In this document: piece by piece, positions 54,109 through 61,406 of the stretch
Position numbering within the stretch: position 1 is the first letter of the stretch
Layout of the letters: each line of letters opens with the position of its first letter
Assembly: GCA_000934665.2 (NCBI GenBank)
Contig: KZ538156.1
Span: 62,001-123,406, forward strand
Direction of reading: 5' to 3'
Source: Catajapyx aquilonaris
Taxonomy: Eukaryota
Length of the DNA: 61,406 bases
Position numbers and translations under genes: made by a program
Notes under the pieces: model-generated
Databases searched by the model: none
Told to the model about the DNA's origin: nothing
Seen by the model: only the letters and a program-made list of their open reading frames with translations

Positions 54109-54470
54109 ATCGCAGCTACATTTAAAAAGCGCTTAGGCCCATCGAGACCGCTCACTGTTAGAAATAACAGCAATTGCTTAAAATTATGAGCTAAACTGGT
54201 ACTTTTGTCATATACACGTCCATGGACATATTCTGGGTGTGAAAGCTGTTTTTTTCTTCTTTCGTAGGCCTCTCCAGTGCAAAAAAAATATGTAAAGAAA
54301 AATCGCAGCTATTTTTAAAAAGCTCTTAAGCCCATCGAAACCGATCGCTGTTACAATTGCTTAAAGTTATCCGCTAAACTGCTACTTTTGTCATACACGT
54401 CACCTCATGGACTTGCTGGGGGGTGAAAGCTGTTTTCTTTCTCTTTTCATAGGCCTATCCAGTGCAAAGA
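54109..54470. repeat. Diverged tandem duplication, period about 193 bp
   Basis: ATCGCAGCTA..TTTAAAAAGC.CTTA.GCCCATCGA at 54109 and 54302. Both copies end TAGGCCT.TCCAGTGCAAA. Confidence 0.9.
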
Positions 54471-57037
54471 AAAGAGAAAGAAAGAAAAAAGGGACACTTC
54501 CTCATGGAAGTGGGAAGGACGCTCGTTACATTTTATGGTCGTCGCGAGCTATTACGACGTCTCTCGCCGGGTTACCAAGAGTCATTGGCGACCGAGGTTC
54601 AAGTGCGTCGTAAAAGTTTCACCCAGGTCGTTCGTCCGACATCGGAAAGGGGAGGTTCGAACACCCGCGAAACTAATTGCTTGACGTGTCAATAACTATC
54701 CGTGACTAGCAGGTGGGGGAAAAAAAGTGCGATGGTAATAAGCAACAATATACGCAATTGAAAAGTGCGAATTATTACAACAATGCCCATATACTGATGG
54801 TAGATGTTAGGAACATCTCCATACAATTTTGGTGGGTGTTCAATGACAATTTTATCGAGTGAATTTCTTGCTTCAAAGATTACAAGAGCATTGGTCGCTT
54901 TATATTCTTCGTTAAAAAAACCCCTATTTAAGAAATAGCATAAATGTATATGGTCGGGTGCTTCCGATTTGTTTTGCGATCTGTAATCATGGGCAGTAAC
55001 ATAGTTTATACATTCTGGCCTATTCTTTCCTCCCAAAAAATTTGGCACGAGTTAATAAACTTAAGCCTAATTACACCATCGATGTGCACGACCGTCGTGC
55101 TTCTAGACAAAAGAAGGACCTTCTTAACTCTTTTGTCCTTCTCCGGGTGTGGTCCTCGAGAAGAAGTCATTTTGTGGAGGACCCACACACGGAGGAAGGC
55201 CTCCCAGCAAGCAGACGGATTATTAGCCGATAGTTCGATTGAGTTGACAATTGGAGAGCTCAATTAGGGGCTGTCTGATTGGTTTGACAACTGAGGGCCT
55301 GAGCTACTTAGCCATTGAGCTGAAAAGATGCGGGAAATGGAGCTTGAAGTATTGGCTGCGCCTTTTTTTTCTCGAAGCAAATAAAAAAAATTTTAAAGGT
55401 AAACCCCCCGGAACAGTAATGCTCCTCACCGCTTCTATCATTCACGTCTCTAGTTCTCATGCATTCTTTAGAGGTATTTTAGAACGCTCGAGCGAACACC
55501 TCATCTTCTCGAAGAAGGTAACGTCCTTCCCATGGACGACACAGCTGCAATTTTCGGTTAGGACAAGGAATGACGGAAATATGAGCCCGGTAGCGGGACA
55601 TATGTCCATTCAAAAAGGGGGGTGGATGGATCTACCCAGGTACTTCAAAAAAAAATATTTTTTTTTACACCAATTCGATCGTACCTGGAGGCTCTTTTGG
55701 CGGCCCCAAATTCGGCGAGCGTGCGTACAACTTCCCGGTACGTGTCCAGGAGGATGAATGACTCATTTTTTTAGTGGTTTTCCTGAAGAGTCTACTGGAA
55801 TTTTAACATTACGTCAGAACCGTCTGGACATCAAAACAATCGCGAATAAATTTTGTAGCAATAGTTCCAATACAATTGGTTCTTGAGAATTTTTTTGTTG
55901 CGTATGTATGTGTAACACATGCTCAGTACACTGTTACTTTTTAGGTTAGTGTCGACCTTGACCAACCAGGCCTGCGAACAAGGAAGAAACAATACGTGGC
56001 GTATGAGCCTAGTTCGCACAAAAAAACAAGCAAACCTCTTAAAGTGATTATGGGAATTGGCCTGCCCAAGTAATGACTTATCAGTACAAAAAAAACAGAA
56101 GTGTTGGTTACATCAGACTAGACTTTAAAAGTGAGGATGTGGTGTCTTTCGAAGGACTTAAAAACCGCGAACCAAGAATAGTTTTTCTTCATCATAAAAA
56201 AAAAGATCCAAGGATTTTTCTCGCACAAAACCAATACTATTATATAGAAGGGTTGTCCACTAGCGAAAGGGAGTTCCCAATTCCTTATACCTTTCTCTCC
56301 ACCCGCTGGTCGTGCTCGAGGATATTTCGCCACCGGGGGCCAAAATGGGGCCAGAAAAGGCACCCCATCCATCTACTAACCACCTCCGAAAAACGGGCCT
56401 GTGGTTGGACCAAAAAGAAGCAGATGACTCACCAGGAGCTTAACCGCCACAGAAGTTCCAACGACTGTAATTTCCAACTTGCCAAGTTTCCCCCCCCCCC
56501 CCCCACATTCTGGCTTCATCGAGACCTTGGAAAAGTCTTGTCCATAGATGGATTTATCCGGGACTGGGGGGGTTTATGACAAAACTTGCGAAACCGCAAA
56601 AATTCGTGGTCGGCTTCGAAGTTTTAAAAAAAAGAGTTGGAACGTCATCTTCCTCGTCCAGTTTCCTTCTCCTTCTCCCTCAAATCGTATCTCTTTAAAC
56701 ACGCGCTCACGACTTCAAACAAAAGCCACCCCATTAAAAGGGTCAGAAAGAGGCACGAAAATGGTTCGCCTAATTTCGACGCACGGAGCGCCGTGAGCGC
56801 CACATCTGACCACTTTTTTGAAACGACAGGTATACACATATACATATACACAACGCCATTTATATATAGGTGATGGGTTATATGGAACGCATACTATATA
56901 TTCAAGGTTATATCAAATTGCTGATACCTGAGTGGCCTATTGACTCAGGCCCCTTATTACATTATAATTCATGCTACGACTTTGGAAGGGAAAATAACAA
57001 GCACTTTCGTCACTTCCAAGTCGGATAGCAGAGGCCT

Positions 57038-57400
57038 GTTTACATGGTAACCAAACCTGGACAAACAAACAATCAATCAAACTTTGCCTCTTATAATAAG
57101 AAAAGAAAATCATGGACACAGATTGCCATGGAAAACCTGGACATGCGAAGAAACAAACGCTGTTTTTTTCTAATAAGAAAGATACCATGGACACCGGTTG
57201 CCATGGTAACCAAAACCTGGACAAACAAACAAACTTTGCCTCTTATGCCATATGGACACATGTTGCCATGGTAAATCTGGACCAACGAAGAAACAAACGT
57301 TGCTTTTTTTATATAATAAGAAAGATTCGATGGGCACAGGTTGCCATGGAAGACCTGGACAAACGAAGAAACAAACTAAAGATGCATATTGATATAAGAC
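57038..57400 (-). mobile_element. Tandem array of five Helitron-like 5'-end modules
   Basis: Units of about 65-78 bp, ATGGACAC..GTTGCCATGG..AACCTGGACAAAC..AAACAAAC..TAATAAGAAAGA. This is the reverse complement of the module at 13025 and 20506. Confidence 0.75.
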
Positions 57401-57474
57401 ATATTTGGGCTAGACACACCCCTAACAAGTGGTCACACACTGCCAGATTGTCTGATGGAATCTCTATTGCAGCA

Positions 57475-57550
57475 TATTATAATAATCAAAGTTTGTTTGT
57501 TTGTTTGTCCAGGGTTGGTTTTCATAGTAATCTGCTTCTGCGTCAGTCTT
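57475..57550 (+). mobile_element. Helitron-like 5'-end module, opposite orientation to the adjacent array
   Basis: TATAATAATCAAAGTTTGTTTGTTTGTTTGTCCAGGGTTGG...CTGCGTCAGTCT, similar to 20506. Confidence 0.6.
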
Positions 57551-60346
57551 TAGTATATTATGAGTTTTGTCAAATTTTGCGAATGATTCAGTAGTTGTTC
57601 ATATTGGCAAAGCTTCTGGTCCTATTCGCGCATCGAAGTCTCGCGCGTGGGTCACGTTAATTCCCAGAGAGGCGGTCAAAAGAGAGGAGGCCCCACGAGG
57701 GCGGGCGGTTTTTGCTGTTGTCTTGTACGTACAAGGCGGCAGGTAAAACTTGCTGGAGCCAAAACATGAATGAAAGTCAGGGTCTGCTTTGCTTGTGGAA
57801 AGGAAGAAGAGGAGACCTTCCAGAAGAAGTGGTCGGATTGGGCCCTCAAGGGATGACCGCCCATTTTCCACGTGCCGGAAGGGAGTAAACGAGGAGAGGG
57901 GGGGGGGGGGGGTGGTTTCAACTTCTCTTTTTTTTGTATTCTTCTTCGTCTTCAAGAAGGTGGATTGTTTGTTTCCAAAGCGGCGTGTTGCCACGGATGG
58001 TGTTTATCACGATCCCCCACCTCCCCAACTTCAAAACCGCCTTTTACTGACACCTCACGAAAAAGTGGTTTTCCACTTGAAAAAAAAATGCACGTGCAAT
58101 CAGTGTTAATTCCAATGTCCATCCAGACAGCTTAACATGGTACGGGTTGCATGATCCATCGATTGGTGAACTTGTTACGTGCATGTCACCATTACTTATA
58201 CAAAACCTGATGAAGCCATAACATTTTGAGCCCGATATTGTGGCATTTGCATGTCTATAATATTAAAATCGCAGTGGGCATGTTTGTGTAAGATTGGTCC
58301 GCCATTTATTGTCACCGCGACGTGTCCGATTAGCTCGTCTTCTGCGCATGCGCAATGGGTGGAGTCCATTCAGTTGCATGTTGGCGGGGGACGAGTGAAG
58401 ACAGCTGTTCGTCTCTCCCGTCACCTCGACCGCTCTCCCTAGTATTTTTTCAAAGTAAAAAATTATTTTTAAACCTTTTGGAGTGTACTACAGTGGTACT
58501 GTACGTCACATGCCGAATTATCCGCCACAAAAACAGTCAATAGGCATAATACAGCTAATTTTTGCTCATTACATCCGTCTTTTTTTTGCGCACCTTCGCA
58601 CCAGGTATAATTAACATGTAAAAAGGCACGAGATATGGCCATCTTTTTCCTAACATTTTTATCAATTATCCTCCAGGCATGTACCTAGAGGCAATGTGTG
58701 TTTGGGAGTGGCATTTTGGAGGCCACGTTATATAAGTACTTATAGGAGCTGTAAAAAAAAATGTGTTAAGCTCCAGTGAATTCATCTTATAAATTTATGT
58801 GACATCCAGTGAGCTGCTGGTGTTTACTTCTCAGTTTGTGCTTGGTAGCAGCGACTAGTTTTCACGGCCGATTAAAAAGTCCGCACCCCGCCGGAAGTGG
58901 GCACAGGTTTTTGCAGGCCCAACAATCCAGTTGCCCCTCGCGGGTTCGACCTATCTCATCTAGCCTGGTCTTCCGGCTTCACCTGGGCAGAATAGCAATG
59001 GCAGTTTGTAAAGGGGGGGGGAGAAAACTCACCTGTCTGATGTTACCTAGCCGCCCCCGCCCCAGAACCGTGGGAAAAAAAAGAGTCTAACGGTCTTCTA
59101 GATGAGGATGGACAATACATCGCTTTTTTGTCCGTTGCGTGTGATGCTATTCGGAGAGACACTACCACCTTAGAGGATGACTTCATGTACAGAGGGGGGG
59201 GGGGGACATTGGGCGTGGTGACAGTCGTGTTGCTCCATTGCACCTCAGGATGTGACCTGGTGACCTTGCAATTTTCTGACTCATCTCTGGACACGCAAGG
59301 TATATATAATGGACGGTGGCAGAACTTTGCCCTCTGCTTATCTGAAGCTGGAGGAATTAAAATAGAGACTTGTTTTTTTTTGTGGCGTTGCTCATGTAAA
59401 ATATTTCAATGTAAGGTTTGCGCACGCAGGAATAACTATGCCTTCTTGGAAAAGATACTAAACAAGCTGTTGTGCCATCAGAGAATTAGAGAAAAAAAGT
59501 GGAAATACCGTGATTCACGTCAGTCCATTGACAAACAAATGAAGAAAACTTATAATCAAGCTTACGGCCTCTTAGGAAATGTTTTAAAACATTGTGCAAC
59601 TGATTATTATATATTCTGATAGTGGAAAAAAGTACCGAGAAAATCTAGTCGAACACAGAGCTTATCAACAGTGAGAAAATCTAGTCAATTGTAAAAATTA
59701 GCTTATTTTTGTCTGCCTGGCGAATGCTTATATAGGACTGGTTTTTTTTGCGATGTTGTCTAGGACAATATGACTGTCAGTGATTCAATTGTAAACATGA
59801 GGCGGCAGGTGTTTATTTTTGGAAATTGTAGGCCGATCCATTATGCATTACTAACATGACATGTGTACATATACAAACGGAACGCTTGACAAACTTCGTT
59901 GTAAAATTCATCGCGGACGGAATCCTAAATCCATATTTTATACTATGTTCCGAAAAGTGCGTGTTTGCCAAAATTCGACCAATATTTTTTTTTTGTAATA
60001 TGTAAAATGATTTTAAGGGTCAGTTTTTATTCTTTAAATTGGGCTGACATTTTCCGTGTTTGGACAGGGTTTTTTTTAATGTCACTCACTCTTTTTACTC
60101 AAAATATTTTCGAGAGTACAATGCAATATGACCGAGGCCAGTATATGAGGTAATTACATCTCCTCCAGCTTCCTTATGGAAAAAAAGACAATGACCCTCG
60201 GGGTCATTAGCATCGCGTCGCACTATAGTACACATTCAGCATACTCAATAGACATCCTCCGTCCTATTGTTGGGCTTGACTGATCCGGATGGAAGCGGAG
60301 GCGTGGCTTGTTGTTTAAGTAAACAAATATTCATGGAAAGACTATA

Positions 60347-61300
60347 CACTCTAAAAATTTTCGAGTGAAATTTTCGCTCAAAAAAAGAGCACTTTCAAAA
60401 ATAGTGCTTATGAGTGGGTTATTCTCCAAAAAGAGTGGAAATAGCTCAAATGGAGTGGAGGATTACTGAAGCAAGGAGTGAAAAGTACTCTTTCAGTGAG
60501 TGAATCGACACAATATAGGTGAACACTCAATTTGAGTGGTTTTTATGCTCAAATTGAGTGAAAATTCACTCTGAATCAAAACGCTCAGATAGAGTGACAA
60601 GAGGGATTTCCCCTCTGGTCCGTTACACTGCGTCCATTGGATGGATGAATAAAGGTAGGCAAACAGACACTGGCAGAGGTGGTGTGGATCAGGTGTGGAT
60701 TGTGGCGGGGGTGTCGCGTGATCATACGCAATACATCAGTATAGCAGGAACCAAGCAGGAAGGTCAGCAGTGGCTCACTATACATGCAGTGCGTCGTGAT
60801 GGACCTGAAGACATTCACCGAATTTTGTGCAGATCTGATGGTACACTTATACACTTTTGTGTTAGATCCTTGAGGATCTAACACAAAAATCCATTGCATA
60901 ACATTTAGGCAGATAAGTGTGACAATTATTCAGATACTGATATAATTTTTTGTATGTAATGATGAAATTTTGCAATAAATATGTTGCTGTTGAAATTGTT
61001 ATGCCACTATATTTGAAGTATGTCAGGAGAAGGGGTTGTCTGGGGAGGGGGAGGAGGTCACTAATTGGAATAACTCATTTTGAGTGAATATGGAATGCTC
61101 TGAAAGAGTAGTGGTTTCACTCAAATACACTGGCGATTTCAGTGGTAAGGAGTGGAAATTACCACTAAATTTGAGTTAAAAATTTTCACTCCTTGGAAGG
61201 AGTGGTTTTCACTCAAAAAGACTGGGTTGCATTTCAAGTGGGAGAAAGAGTGAAAAACCGCTCCAATAGAGCGGAAAACCACTCGAAAATTTTTAGCGTG
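60347..61300. mobile_element. Non-autonomous TIR element, CAC...GTG termini (CMC/EnSpm-like)
   Basis: 21-bp TIR CACTCTAAAAATTTTCGAGTG versus the reverse complement of the right end, CACGCTAAAAATTTTCGAGTG (one mismatch). Flanks are TA and TG, there are many subterminal CACTC/GAGTG repeats, and there is no transposase ORF. Confidence 0.8.
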
Positions 61301-61406
61301 TGATTGCTGTTATAGGGAGTATAGAAGGGGGGCAGAGTCCGGACCTCCCCTCCCAAAAACTTGGCTCGATTTCAATCCCGTTTCTTAACCTGTACAAACA
61401 CGAGCC

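Noticed and set aside
51230..54670. tRNA or tRNA-SINE B-box-like motifs (GGTCGATTCC near 51254, GGTTCGAAC near 54655)
   Set aside because: No properly spaced A box and no cloverleaf.
58205..58250. Hammerhead ribozyme core (CTGATGAAGCC...GGC)
   Set aside because: No GAAA follows the putative stem II and no closing stems were found.
59102..59299. 198-nt phase 1-1 open exon candidate
   Set aside because: Frame-compatible with the phase-1 donors, but it has a short pyrimidine tract, a weak GTATAT donor, an internal G12 run and no recognisable protein features.

Overview
Eukaryotic, almost entirely non-coding animal DNA (invertebrate-like, possibly arthropod; taxon not determinable). It contains no recognisable full-length gene, RNA gene, transposase ORF or CRISPR array, and the supplied ORFs look like chance or microsatellite ORFs. 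The window alternates between AT-rich spacers and GC-richer unique islands. The spacers are packed with short non-autonomous DNA transposons (Tc1/mariner-like, piggyBac-like, CAC-ended TIR elements, a Helitron-like family), tandem duplications, minisatellites and microsatellites. The islands are rich in poly-G/poly-C runs and transcription-factor-like motifs, notably many CSL/Su(H) consensus sites. Several short + strand segments have good splice signals. The best is 39856-40057 (5'UTR plus MITMEIPPHPMPPQAGVTQTSMMHGVSEEPKKK, phase-1 donor). Other candidates also end in phase 1. This suggests, by inference only, the 5' regulatory or first-intron region of a large gene, possibly with alternative N-termini, whose main exons lie beyond the right edge. 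I found no evidence for a novel coding system. The most unusual observations are the candidate alternative-first-exon set, the CSL-site excess and the amplification of single transposon ends into arrays and hairpins.
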